Shown here: positions 36,881 through 48,826 of the stretch, piece after piece | How positions within the stretch are numbered: position 1 is the stretch's first letter | Layout: every line of letters starts with the position of its first letter | Source: Oopsacas minuta | Lineage: Eukaryota; Animalia; Porifera | Reading direction: 5' to 3' | DNA: 64,000 nucleotides | NCBI GenBank assembly: GCA_024704765.1 | Contig: JAKMXF010000066.1 | Coordinates: 186,001-250,000, forward strand | Translations under genes and position numbers: made by a program | The notes under the pieces: generated by a model | The model's input: only the letters and a program-made list of their open reading frames with translations | What the model was told of the DNA's origin: nothing | Database searches by the model: none

Positions 36881-37196
36881 CAAGAGTAATGTTCTACAGG
36901 TTAGTATAGATTTCTAAAGGACTTTATCTCAGACTTATGTGTGCAATTCATATACATATAATCTGAATTTGATCATTTTGATGGCATTTACGTACGTAAG
37001 TTTCAACCTAAGTACGATCAGTGGACTGTTAACATGTGTAATATAGAATTATGTATTTATCCGTAGTAGAATTGTAGGTGTATAACCTCTCTGTCCTGTC
37101 TACTGTACTAAAAATAGGCAAGTAGGGGCCAGTAATTAATTCCCATACCTTGTCCTGTTCTTGTCCTTATGAATATATTCTAGCACCCTAATTAGA

Positions 37197-37379
37197 ATGG
37201 TACAATTCTGGCGGATAGCAGGACTAAGCTATACACAGTTCTCCCGTATTTGTGCTAAACACCTACAGGGACTACTCAAACCAGAATTCAAGGAATTGTT
37301 AGCTAAGAGAGGAGAGTCTATGAGTAAGATTCATAGATGGCAGGATGGGAGGATGATCAAGGAGGAGATCAAGAAATAG
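37197..37379 (+). CDS. ATP5F1E: Mitochondrial ATP synthase F1 subunit epsilon
   Basis: MVQFWRIAGLSYTQFSRICA...LKPEFK matches the epsilon consensus (WR.AGLSY..YS.ICA...LK.EFK); 60 aa. Confidence 0.88.
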   Translation: MVQFWRIAGLSYTQFSRICAKHLQGLLKPEFKELLAKRGESMSKIHRWQDGRMIKEEIKK

Positions 37380-38030
37380 TTTATGTTGCTAGGATGCGAG
37401 ATAGGAATGCAGTATTATTCGATTATATTATTATTATTACTATGGATGTTAATTAGTGTTAATTATAGCTATATGTACTTGTTTAAGGGGTGAGATGAGT
37501 CTTGTCCCCCTGGACGACACCCAAGCGGTCTTCTAGTGTCATAATCAGGGGTCCATTAGGAGGAATTTTAATATTCCTTTAGTTCCGTATTCATATGTGT
37601 ATATATTTACCTACTCGTTTGTTGTTATTTACATTAGATTATATATTAACACTCATCATGGATCAAGGGTAACTATTTGTTTGTTTGTTTGTTTGTTAAT
37701 TTGTTTGTTTACTAATATATTATATTTATAGTTATATATGGATTACCTCTTGAGCCGGTTTCCGTTAGAAATTGCCCCATTTTGATAAACTTGAAATGAT
37801 TGTTTCATAATATCAAAATTCGACCTTTCGTCTCCTAACAAGTATACAATATCAAGATATTTCAAGTGCTCATCACCAAGTGAACGGAAAGATAATTATT
37901 AACTTGCATACGACTATTGAAACCATCAAAAACACAGATATCTCCATTAAAATGTGTCTCTCCATTTTCAAAATCACTCACATAGGTTGAGACTAGTGTT
38001 TCTCTATCAAGAAATCCTGAGATAAGTCTA

Positions 38031-38189
38031 CAGTCAGGGTCGCTTACTGTGAACAAATCCTGCCCAGATAAATAATTCGCATAGGATTTGTATTAAACTA
38101 AAATCCTTAATTAATAGAAACTAAGAAGTTTCCATATTATGAACAAGATTTTTGGTCATGTGGGGGTTCACAAAAAGCGACCCTGACTG
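38031..38189. mobile_element. Tc1/pogo-type MITE
   Basis: TA|cagtcagggtcgctt ... aagcgaccctgactg|TA. Confidence 0.75.
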
Positions 38190-38713
38190 TATACTCTATT
38201 ATTGCCTAACAGAATTTTCTGATCTCAACACAATGAAGAAATGTCTATCGGTACCTTTAACTCTTCTAACCTCTGATTTAATCAGTCCTAATATAGGAGA
38301 TTGTAAATGCCTTTCAAACGTAACAGTTGAAAAAGTTAGAGAGTGCTCTAATTGTGTGCATTAAGAGCACACAATTCATCAGAGCCCCAAAGATTATATT
38401 TTATATCTGTAATAATACCTAATTTCTGTAATGATACAAAATCTTTGTAACAAATTTTCAGTTCCATATCTAACGCATTGCTTTGATCATTAAGCGACTG
38501 TTACGTAATGTAAATTGATATACTGTGAAGTTCGCCTAATACCAACTTCACTGCATTTATTATCGACTTATATCAGGCCTCAAATGGAGATTTTGTATTT
38601 ATTCCGTTCCCCTATTAGCAACTGCGTACATATTAGCAACCGAAAGCTCTTTCAAAATACCTGTTGCTAATAAACGATTCCACTATACAAGATAAATAGT
38701 TCTACAAACTTCC

Positions 38714-40585
38714 ATGAAAATTATGAAATTCAAATTCAAAGCTACTATCGTAATTTGTATTTTGCTCATCCTATTTTGGAGGGTTTTTATCCAACAATAT
38801 GATACTGTAAGTAACTACGAAATAATGATAGAACCTGATACTACTCCCATCAATTATCATTTACAAGAAGGTTGGATGAGTAATGAGAGCAAACTGCTGA
38901 CATTATCAACAACATTTATTGACATTTCTAAGAAATCATCTAACGAAGAAGAAACAGTATACAGACACTTAGTTCAACTTAACTTCCTCAAAACAACAGA
39001 ATTCATTTCTTTCATACCATATATTCACTTTATCGTGTTTACAGAAGATCCTACATGGATAACATTAATACAATCTGAATACAAGAATGTCAAAGTCCTC
39101 CCATTACCTTCCCTTACAAATTCCACTCCACCTCTCATCAGAGACATTTTCTTAAAGACAATGGAATCTTACGACACACCATTTTACATGTTCGCTAATG
39201 GAGATAATCTTTATGATCTCTCGTTAGTTCAAACGATCAAAGGAGTAATGAAAGTGGTTAAGAAAGGTAAAATACGATCTAAGCTTTTGATTGTGGGACA
39301 GAGATATGACTTGAGTTACAGAGGTACAATAAGTCATGAGTACGATATTAAACAGCTGATTAAATATGCTACAATACATCCTCCTGTAGCCAAAGATTAC
39401 TTTATAGTCACAAGAGATAGCTTCGAGTGGGAATCATTTCCTGATTTTTACATTGGTAGACGTTGGTATGACTCTTACATAGTACAGTATGCTTTCTTTA
39501 ACGAAGTTGAGTTGATTGACGCTACAGCCACAATACAAATGATACATCAAGTCCGACATATAGGTTATTGGTCTAGTATGCATACGGATGCTAGTCAGAA
39601 TGATTGGAATCTATCATTGTTAGGTAAAGATACACACTCCTCAATACAATGTGCACGCTACAAAACAAAAACACCATTCGCTGAGGTAGGATTAGCTGAT
39701 AAACAAGGAAAGTTGAGTAATGACATACCTTTAAATCAATTGCACAACAAACTTGTTACAGATATTTTAACAATGAAACATGTAGCAGGGCAATCTAGTC
39801 TCAAGATTATAATATTGGCTTATAATCGGCCTAACTCTCTCAACCGTCTATTATATTCTCTAACACAAGCTGACTACATAGAAGATAAGGTGGATGTTAT
39901 TGTGATGTTAGATAGATGCAGGACCAGTTCTTTTGATGTAGAAGTTTTGAAAGTTTTAGCTGAATTCGATTGGAAATTTGGAGATTTTACTGTTCATTTA
40001 CAGCACAAACATGTGGGAGCCTTGCAACAGTGGATATTTGCTCTGAGCAGTTCAATTAGCCAAAAATCTCTCATACTTGAAGACAATGTTATATTGTCCC
40101 GTTATTTCTATACATACTTGAAATCTGCTATACGTATATATTCTGAATATCCACATTTAGCTGGGTTTAGCTTAGACATCCCGTCTCCTCTGTTAGATAA
40201 CATGAATATATATCATGGATATAACATTGTACTTTCCAGATACTCTCATAGCAGAGCATTTTTCCTTAACCGAAAATTACAGAACCAATTCATACAGTGG
40301 TATACGAGATATAAGTCAGAATTTATACTAATTGAAGATTCGACAAGATATCATACTTTTCATTCTCTATTTAAGATATATTCCAGTTTTCATAATATGT
40401 TAATTGGTTATCTAATGGATTCTGAAGGGGATTTAGCCACTAGAGCTTTCTTTACTATAAATGGTAACGAGGGATTTCTATTCCACAAATGCTATGTATA
40501 TGAAAGAGCAACTATATCAACAGATAGGGAATTAATGGTGGAAATGTCTGAGCTATATTTTCCTTCATCCCCTCCTAGCATCTAA
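38714..40585 (+). CDS. Type II membrane protein with two glycosyltransferase-like (GT-A) domains
   Basis: Single-exon 623 aa with an N-terminal signal-anchor. Domain 1: MFANGDNL, IVGQR, DYFIV, FYIGRRWYD, LIDAT...IHQ. Domain 2 is GT2-like: IIILAYNRPNSLNRLLYSL, VIVMLD, FDWKFG, LILEDN. Confidence 0.65.
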   Translation: MKIMKFKFKATIVICILLILFWRVFIQQYDTVSNYEIMIEPDTTPINYHLQEGWMSNESKLLTLSTTFIDISKKSSNEEETVYRHLVQLNFLKTTEFISFIPYIHFIVFTEDPTWITLIQSEYKNVKVLPLPSLTNSTPPLIRDIFLKTMESYDTPFYMFANGDNLYDLSLVQTIKGVMKVVKKGKIRSKLLIVGQRYDLSYRGTISHEYDIKQLIKYATIHPPVAKDYFIVTRDSFEWESFPDFYIGRRWYDSYIVQYAFFNEVELIDATATIQMIHQVRHIGYWSSMHTDASQNDWNLSLLGKDTHSSIQCARYKTKTPFAEVGLADKQGKLSNDIPLNQLHNKLVTDILTMKHVAGQSSLKIIILAYNRPNSLNRLLYSLTQADYIEDKVDVIVMLDRCRTSSFDVEVLKVLAEFDWKFGDFTVHLQHKHVGALQQWIFALSSSISQKSLILEDNVILSRYFYTYLKSAIRIYSEYPHLAGFSLDIPSPLLDNMNIYHGYNIVLSRYSHSRAFFLNRKLQNQFIQWYTRYKSEFILIEDSTRYHTFHSLFKIYSSFHNMLIGYLMDSEGDLATRAFFTINGNEGFLFHKCYVYERATISTDRELMVEMSELYFPSSPPSI

Positions 40586-40946
40586 GAAAAGACACATTCA
40601 AACTATAATTATAAATATACAATGTATTTTTATTACGGTTTAGATTATTTGTGTAAATATACATAGCAATTATCCAACATACCCCTAATTGCTCGCAACG
40701 CTCAAGCTCAGCCCCCTTCGAACAAACCTAGATTATCTAACTTCGTGCCTCGCAACTAAAAATGTTCAACAGAGATATTAAAATTACCAAATTCTAGCAT
40801 AATTATCACTATAAGGAGTATTAAGGAATATCACAAAAAATAAGCAAAACACTGAAGGCGTATATAATAGAGTATAAATAAGTATAAAATAGAGAGAAAT
40901 TATTCATATCAATAGAAAATAGAGAAAATAATCACATCTCTACAAA

Positions 40947-43900
40947 ATGATGTTCTTAATACTAATATCATTTGCAAGTTTCGTAAGAATTACTGAAGGT
41001 AATTTGTAATCTGTATAGTAATATTATTTCTTCAATTTATTTATTTTTCATAATTTTGCAAACGGAATACGAAATTCTATATTTACTTTTGTATTTTTAA
41101 GTTTAACACATGTGTAAATCAGGGGCGTACCGGCCCAGGATTTGACATATTGGGGCCTGGATTTCAAATCAGGGGCTCAGTTACCCCTAGGACAAGTCAC
41201 CATGTAGTGTATAATATTGTTGTTTTTGGTATTTATGTAAATATATGAACTCATTATCAGTTATGTTAAAGAAATACGTTTATATTACCAGGGCCACTTC
41301 TGTGAAGTTTGCATTAGCTTAGGTACAAATTCGTTTGCTCAAAATAATTATTGTAGTATAATAAATTATACATGTGTAGCCCAGACAAGTGGTTGTGGGT
41401 TGATTACGAAAGGTGGAAAATGTTTCAGTAACTTTGAGTTCTCAAGCAATCAGAATTGGTACGATGCTCGAGAAGACTGTAGAGCATGGGGAGGAGATCT
41501 AGCTACCATATCATCAGCTGAGGAGTCCCTCCTCTTGAGAACACTACGAGATGAATTTACATTTAATTGTTGGATAGGATTGAATGATATTAACATAGAA
41601 GGTAATTTTGTATGGGCTGACGGTAGTAGCAGTAACTTTACAAACTGGAAATCTGGTGAACCTAATGATGACGGTCAGCTAGGAGAAGACTGTGTAATGG
41701 CAGATGTTACATCAACATTACACTGGTACGATCAAACTTGTATATTCCTCAGAAGCTGTTGTTATTGTAGTACTACGGGTAAGTGCATATTATAGTGGAT
41801 AACAAATGCAAGCAACTAGTAGACACTAGCGCACGTTTCTCAACCTGGGGTCAATGGACCCCTTAGTGATCCACTGGTGACTGCGGGGGGTCCACAGGAT
41901 CTCAAAATTGCAGTCTATGGGAGGGGTCTACAAAATGTGTCAAAATTTCTCTAAAGGGTACAAGTGCGAAAAGTTTGGGAACCGCTAACACTAATGTCAT
42001 TAATTTGGAAAATATTTGATAATAGAAAATCACATTTGTATTATTTGCTAGTAATCTCGTCCGGAATACAGACTAACAGCACATCTGATCCTACAAGTAT
42101 CGAAAATACAATTCTAAATACAAGCTCTATACTATACTGTATGACAGAGAATAAGAACACTCCATCTGTCGTATGGAGCTATGTCAATCTAGATGGAAAG
42201 AGAACTGAACTAAATACGACAACCAATCAAGCTGGGATTAGTACGCTATATGTTTCTATTGATAATCCAGGGTATTACACTTGTCAGGTCAATCAAGATG
42301 GAGGAAACACGAAGAATGTTACTGTAGCATTGCTTGACATTGCAAACTTTACAAGTAAGTTCAAGATAATATGCTTCATTTGATGTAATGATAAATTATC
42401 TCATGTATAGTCAATACAAAATCCATTATTTATTTAGCTAATAAATAGCCAAATGGATATTACATCGCATTCATTTATAAATTGCGAAATAAATTTCGTG
42501 TAAGATCATAAGGTAATGCGGAAATAGTTTGACTTTGCAAAAATAAGAAATTTTCCAATTTTTGCAAGTAGATTTTTATTTTTTCCTATTATCCTATTCA
42601 TCCAAGATCGAACTATTTCCTATTTATCCAAGTCGATATATTCCCTCATTTGAGTCCAACTATTTCTATCATATCATTATTGTATATACGTACGTATATT
42701 AGTTGCACAGATCTCAGACAATCGTACATACACAGTTGGAATAGAAAGAGATGACATATTTCTGTATTGTCAAGATAACCTTATCCCACATATTGACATA
42801 ATATGGAGATCCGGAGCAAATCTTACTTACAGCAATCCGCTTAACATTAAAGGAAATATAGTAAATATGAACAACACTTCCTTGCAGTGCATAAATAGAG
42901 AGAGTGGTGACGTAGTAAGAAGTATTGATGTAATTGTACAAGGTAAGTTATAAAATATTATTTGGGTATTTCCAAGTTTTTCCTCGCAATGGTTCTTCCT
43001 ACTGCATATACATAGTTTTTGTTCTTTGTATATTTCGTAAATATGTTGGGCAACTCGCGTAAAACCATACTAAAATAGGTATAACAAATCAGTATTTTTC
43101 ACACAAATAGCAATTTTTACCACTCCCGCTGTGATTTGTATAAAGTTATTTTCATATTAAGACAGAAAATATAAATAGATAAATCTGAGTATATTTTCTC
43201 AGGTCCTCCAATAATTATAATAACTTTCAACAATGGATCTCAAATCATCCTGTCCCTCCTTCCGCCGCTATTCAATACTGTGAATGTAACTGTACTGATA
43301 GAGAACGTGAGTATACAAACAAATCTACATGAAGGAAACTGGCAACTCCCGAATAACGCATCTATAGATTCAGATACTCTGTTATTCCAAAATGTTCTAT
43401 TGAGTCAAGGAGGCTTATACAAGTTTAATGTCATTAATTGGGACGGAATAGAGACAATAGCAATTCAATTAAATATCGTAATTACAGGTAAAGTTATTAT
43501 AACAAAATACTGGTTAGTGTAAAATTAGCATTTTGTCATTTCTATTTCTATTACAGTAAACTCTCGCTATAACGAAATGCTTGTGCCTGGGACCCCGGTT
43601 TCATTTCGTTATACAGTAGAGTTCGCTTATTAACAAATCGTATTTTGCACAAATTTCCCCTGCCAATAGGAACTTGCTATTAGAAAAATTATTAAAAATA
43701 AATATGGACTGGACTCTAAGTCTCTGAAAATACTTTGCTAATAATGCGAACAGTGACATTGTAAACGGTGTTTCGTTGTAAGCTGAGTAAAATCAATCCA
43801 TTTCAAGCAATAAAGGGTAAAGAATCACTTCGTTATACTGGGAGTTTTAGTTATATCCGACTTGATTATAATGGGAGTTTACTGTACTAGAAATTCCTCA

Positions 43901-45530
43901 AACAATCACAGAGCTATACACAGAGACTTCTAGGGACAGCTCTATACTAATTACCTGGAGTTTGTTATATAACCAAACAATGGAATCTAACGAGACTTTC
44001 TCGATCTATTTCGGGATTGGGAATTTAGAGGAATATTCTGGTAGCACAAGAGAATTATTCTACAACTTAACTGGACTCAGTGGTAATTTCAATTATTCAA
44101 TTCGAGTTGAGCTAGAGTCTGAATATTCCACACAAATCGTATCTGTCATCACCTACCAATTCCTGGAATTAACGGATACGTTTGCATCCGGAACAACTAG
44201 GCTAGTGCAAACAACACAAACATCAATATTGACAACAACGAATAATAGTAATTTATCTACAACAAATAATCCAACTATCATTAACTCTTCAACAAACAAT
44301 TTTATCTTCATTTATGGAGGAATTACAATCATGGTGATAGTTGTCATAGTAATAATCGCAATAATAAATTTAACAGTTTGTATATACATATACAGACGAT
44401 ACAAATCAACGAGAAAGATTCCCAAAGATGACATCCCTGACAAATCAAAAGACCCAAATCAAATAGAAGAAGGCAATGTAATTTGGTATAAAAATCAATT
44501 CGCTGAGCCAAAAGATAAGGAAGAGGGGGAGTATGTTATAGATAATCTGTATGATGAATTAAGCAATTACGTAACTATGACCCCAATTGAAGAAGGATTT
44601 AATAGCCACAAATCTGAATTTATACAATTTTACAAAGATAATTTTAGTAATGAAGAGGCTACGAAAGAAAGTTTTGCTAGTGCTCAGTTTCGATTGCTGC
44701 ATGATAGTTCAGAAGATAATAATGAAGATTTAAGTAGTCAAGCAAGGAAACCGAAAAACTTCAAAAAGAATCCGACCCCAACAATTCTTCCATTTGACTA
44801 CAACAGAGTTATACTTAATTCTCCACACTGGGATGGAGATTTCATAAATGCTAGTTACCTGTTTAACAGAGGTGTAATAGCAACAGTGCACCCTAATGCT
44901 GAAACGCTAAGAGAATTTCTACACATGATATATCAAACACAAGCCAGTAATGTCGTTATGTTAACTAGCAGAGATGAACTAGAATACATTCAATCTGGAA
45001 CAGCTGATGGATGCAGTTATTTCGCCGAATTTAACAAAACATTTGAATGCGAACCGTTTACAATTTCAACAATTAAATCTAGTATTAATAATAATTATGT
45101 TAAGCAAACCCTCTCACTAACGCATAACACTGATAAATCTGTCCATAAGTTTGTGCATTTCATATCAACTTCTTGGAACGATAACGGTACAATTTCTGAT
45201 GTACCAAGTGTTCTAAATCTACTGGAGAGGGTGGTAAAGCATAAGGAAGATAAGAAAGCTGTTATAATACACTGTGAAGATGGAATTACAAAGACTGGTA
45301 TATTTATGACTGGGTATATAGTTCTGAAAGAAAATATAAAAATAGACATACACAACATTGTGGAGAGTCTACGCGGACAGAGAATGAATATGGTACCTAC
45401 TCTGGTGAGTATTTACATACATAAATACGTATGTTATCAGTGATTTGTTAAATTTATTTCTCTTATTTTCTAGGAATGCTACTCCCAGTGCTATTCTCTC
45501 ATCCATGAGCACTGCACAGTAAAAAAGTGA
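40947..45530 (+). CDS. Receptor with signal peptide, C-type lectin, three Ig-like, FN3, TM and single PTP-like domain (~949 aa)
   Basis: Exons 40947-40998, 41380-41778, 42052-42354, 42703-42942, 43203-43487, 43891-45404 and 45474-45530. All are GT-AG; the ectodomain exons are symmetric phase 1; the total of 2850 nt is in frame. CTL: WIGL, EPN, EDC. TM: FIFIYGGITIMVIVVIVIIAIINLTVCIYIY. PTP-like: LPFDYNRV, FINAS, IHCEDGITKTG. Confidence 0.85.
43554..43884. mobile_element. CAGT-family MITE (possibly nested copies) ending 4 nt before the exon 6 acceptor AG
   Basis: TA|cagtaaactctcgctataa ... ttataatgggagtttactg|TA; a second cagtagagttcgc end lies inside. Confidence 0.65.
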
Positions 45531-46497
45531 GGATAACACCCTATTAAGCGGTATATGTATTCAAATGTGTGTACACATAATTTTGCATGTATATGTATAG
45601 AACATTGCTTAGTGAGATAGTATGTGATGTAATTGACTAAATGCTCATATTTTCATGCATTATATATGTTGTATGGAAGTATAATATTATATATTTACAG
45701 TCAACTCCCCGTCTCAAACACGGGTATATCGAATACGTACCCGCTTATATTGAAGTCTGAAATTATACTAATATTGTCCCAAACCGTCAAACTGGATGTA
45801 ACTTTCATCAATCATATCGAACTCCGTTTATATGAATTATATCAAAGTAATTATTGCGGTCCATTTTGCTTCGATCTAACGGAAGTTGTTAGGGGAATAT
45901 TAGGGGAACAGAGAGGAACGCCTTTCGCTTATTGTTACTTGCAAACGAATACAACTTCTAAATTTATATATTAGGTATACATTATTCCAACCGTTAGCTT
46001 TACTTTAGCATTTATACAATTAAGCACATCTGTAAACACGTAAGTACGCAAATATATAAGCAAAAGTCATCATCAAAACAACACAGTAATTTGTCTTTAT
46101 TCGTAGCAACATATGTTGTTACGAATAAAACTTATAAATTTACATATTAGGTATACATTATTCCAATCGTTAGCATTATTAAACAAATCTGCAAACACGT
46201 AAGTACGCAAATATATAATTTTGGAATAAATCATTTAATTTGTTGGGCGATAGTCCAGCACATATTTGATCTAATTATGTAACTAATGGTAGTTTTAGAA
46301 AAGCAATGATTGACAATATCGGTACTGACTACTGAGCGCAGTTGTCCATTGGAAATAGGTTTCTTGTGTTAGAGGTTTACATCATGTTTGCATATTAAAC
46401 AACAAACAATAAAACAAATAATTATTGAACGTAATTATTACTGATAGATACACAGAACTCCTCATTAGATACATTCGTTATAATGTGATAGATATAG

Positions 46498-47139
46498 TCA
46501 ATTCAAAATTGATGTAATTTCTATAAATTTATTATCTAAAGATTCTTCCAGTTTCTCTTTCTGGAAAACGAATTCTCTCTCATGTTTTATTAGCTCTGTA
46601 TCGATATTAATAGAAATCCAATCTTGTGGTTTTTCCACATCTTTAGGACAATAATTTTGGTGAAGAAGGTTAGTTCTATTATTAATTTGAATCCTGTCTA
46701 GATTCCTTAACATCGGTAACATATCAACTACTTGTATGAAGTAATCAGGTTGCTTACATACAGGATTGCTAAGCTCGTTTGTAACATCATTAATCAATAG
46801 CTGTTTCAGATTATAGAGACTGCCCAGAGTGATAAATGCGTCTATAGAAATGAGTTTATTGCCAGCCAATTCCAATGTATTAAGTTGATAGAGCTGAGAT
46901 AAGAGAGTGATATTGGAAATTAAGTTTGAATTCAAAATTAATACTTTCAAAGATTTTAAGTCAGACAGAGGATTTATATCTGAAATTAAATTAGAAGAAA
47001 GATTTAGAATCATGAGAGAAGTGCAAAAAGAGAGAGAAGAAATGTCAAACAGTTTGTTGGTTGATAAATTGAGTTCTTGTACAAGCTCTAAGTCAAACTG
47101 TCCAGTACGAATACGCAGGTCATCAGTACTCAGTGACAT
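46498..47139 (-). CDS. LRRC61: Leucine-rich repeat protein, LRRC61-like
   Basis: LRIRTGQFDLE N-terminus, four SDS22-type LRRs (LNLSSNLISDINPL) and LRRcap (SNPVC...Y...V..MLP.LRNLD). Confidence 0.75.
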   Translation of the reverse strand: MSLSTDDLRIRTGQFDLELVQELNLSTNKLFDISSLSFCTSLMILNLSSNLISDINPLSDLKSLKVLILNSNLISNITLLSQLYQLNTLELAGNKLISIDAFITLGSLYNLKQLLINDVTNELSNPVCKQPDYFIQVVDMLPMLRNLDRIQINNRTNLLHQNYCPKDVEKPQDWISINIDTELIKHEREFVFQKEKLEESLDNKFIEITSILN

Positions 47140-47397
47140 GGTATAAATATCTAAATATGAAATTACAAGTAATTAAAAGAACATTTATCCAAAGTCATAA
47201 CACTGAAAGGAATATAGGAGAATTATTCATTGCTCAATAAATATACTAAATTCTTAATTGATATGTATATACCATATAAATTCCGGGAGGTACTCAAAAT
47301 GTGAATTTTCCGGGGAAGGAAGGACTAAAAAGGAGAAAAAATACCGTCCCCAATGTATCGTAAATACGGTATATAATTATACAAACTGATAAGGACA

Positions 47398-48826
47398 CTA
47401 ATTCACAGTTTTCTTACAACAAAATACTGTATTTTCTTGAAATAATTTCTCCAACTCTCCAACAGACTTTCCTTTAGACTCGGGAGTTAAAGTTGCTATC
47501 AGGATACACAGTACAATATTGAACACAGCTAACGCGTATATGAAGTAGGCCCTAGGTATCTGATTCGTAATTATAGGATAGAATGTTACTATTAGAAAAG
47601 CAGTCATGAAGAGTATGAATGTTCCGAAACCAGAAACTATATTTTTAACTTTTTGTGGGATAAGTTCTCCAAGTAATATGAATCCTATTGGACCATTTCC
47701 TGATGAAAACGCAAGGTTGAATAACACGAATGTAAGAATTGGCCATGCTATCAAATACTCACTTTCACAACTAGCTACTAATGTAGAATTCGGAAATGAA
47801 CTCATTAATGGGCAGATTTGGTCAATCAAGAGGAGATAAGTTCCCATTAAAAACAGTGCTAAAATTATCCCTACAAGAGATAAAATGAACAATATCTTTC
47901 TACCTATTTTCTCAATCAAAATCAATGTCACTAAGATTGCAGCGATCTGACCAATTGGCATTACTAATCCAATAACATTTGGATTAATTCTATCATTATT
48001 AAGTAATTCTGAAGAGTAGCTGCCGATTAGATTAACTCCAGAACTCTGATTTGATATCATTGCCAGACTCACAACAAAGAGTGCTTTGAGGTGATACAGT
48101 TTGAAGAGAAGCGATATCTTTGATAGAAAAGTGTTTTTATTTTCTGCTACGACTTGGATTATTTCTTTAACCTCTTCGAGAGCATCGTAATCCTTACATC
48201 GCAAAGTTTCTAAGGTTTGCAAGGCCTTTTTCTCTAAGTCAATACTAACTAAATATGTTGGAGTATATGGTACATGGTACAAAAAGCAATAGAATTATTT
48301 GTATTACATATACAATTGTTGCTATAAGTGAGAGCCAAGAATACGTCACTGCTATCCCGAGACTAAAAACCGCGAAGAATCCAATAGAAATAGACAAACC
48401 AACCACACTGAGATGTCTCCCTCGTGTGTTCTTGTTAGCTAGCTCAGCTATGTAGATAGGTACGATAGGAGTAGAGAGTCCACTCCCTAACCCAATAACT
48501 ACTCTAGCACAGATCAGTAATTCTGGTAATCTACTACTCCCGAGAAGAATCCAACCACCAGCTGATATAATTGCTGCTATTACTATCACTGACTTCCTGC
48601 CAAGCCAATACATCATGGGTATAGCTATGAGACCACTGATTGCTGCTGCCAGATAGAATATGCCAGAGAAAATACCGAATTGATAATCATCTAATATATT
48701 ACTTGACTTAATCTCAAGAGCTATTGGAGAGGGTAAACCGAACGAATATCCCAACATGAAAAACAATAAATTAGCAAAGAGAGTACAGTAAAGAACTCTC
48801 CATTCCAATGTACATACAAGATTCAT
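47398..48826 (-). pseudogene. GLUT6/8 (Tret1-like) sugar transporter interrupted by a 7-bp duplication
   Basis: ORFs 48826-48245 and 48282-47398 are the two halves of an MFS sugar porter (GRK loops, PIYIAEL, GELIP, PESKGKS). Removing one copy of ATGGTAC (48267-48280) gives a 1422-nt ORF restoring FVPYTPTYL. It could be a real null allele or an assembly error. Confidence 0.75.

Noticed and set aside
37862-38364. Opposing short ORFs both containing SDPDC
   Set aside because: The shared peptide is the translation of the TIRs of the 38031-38189 MITE. Flanking coding-like remnants could not be assembled into a gene.
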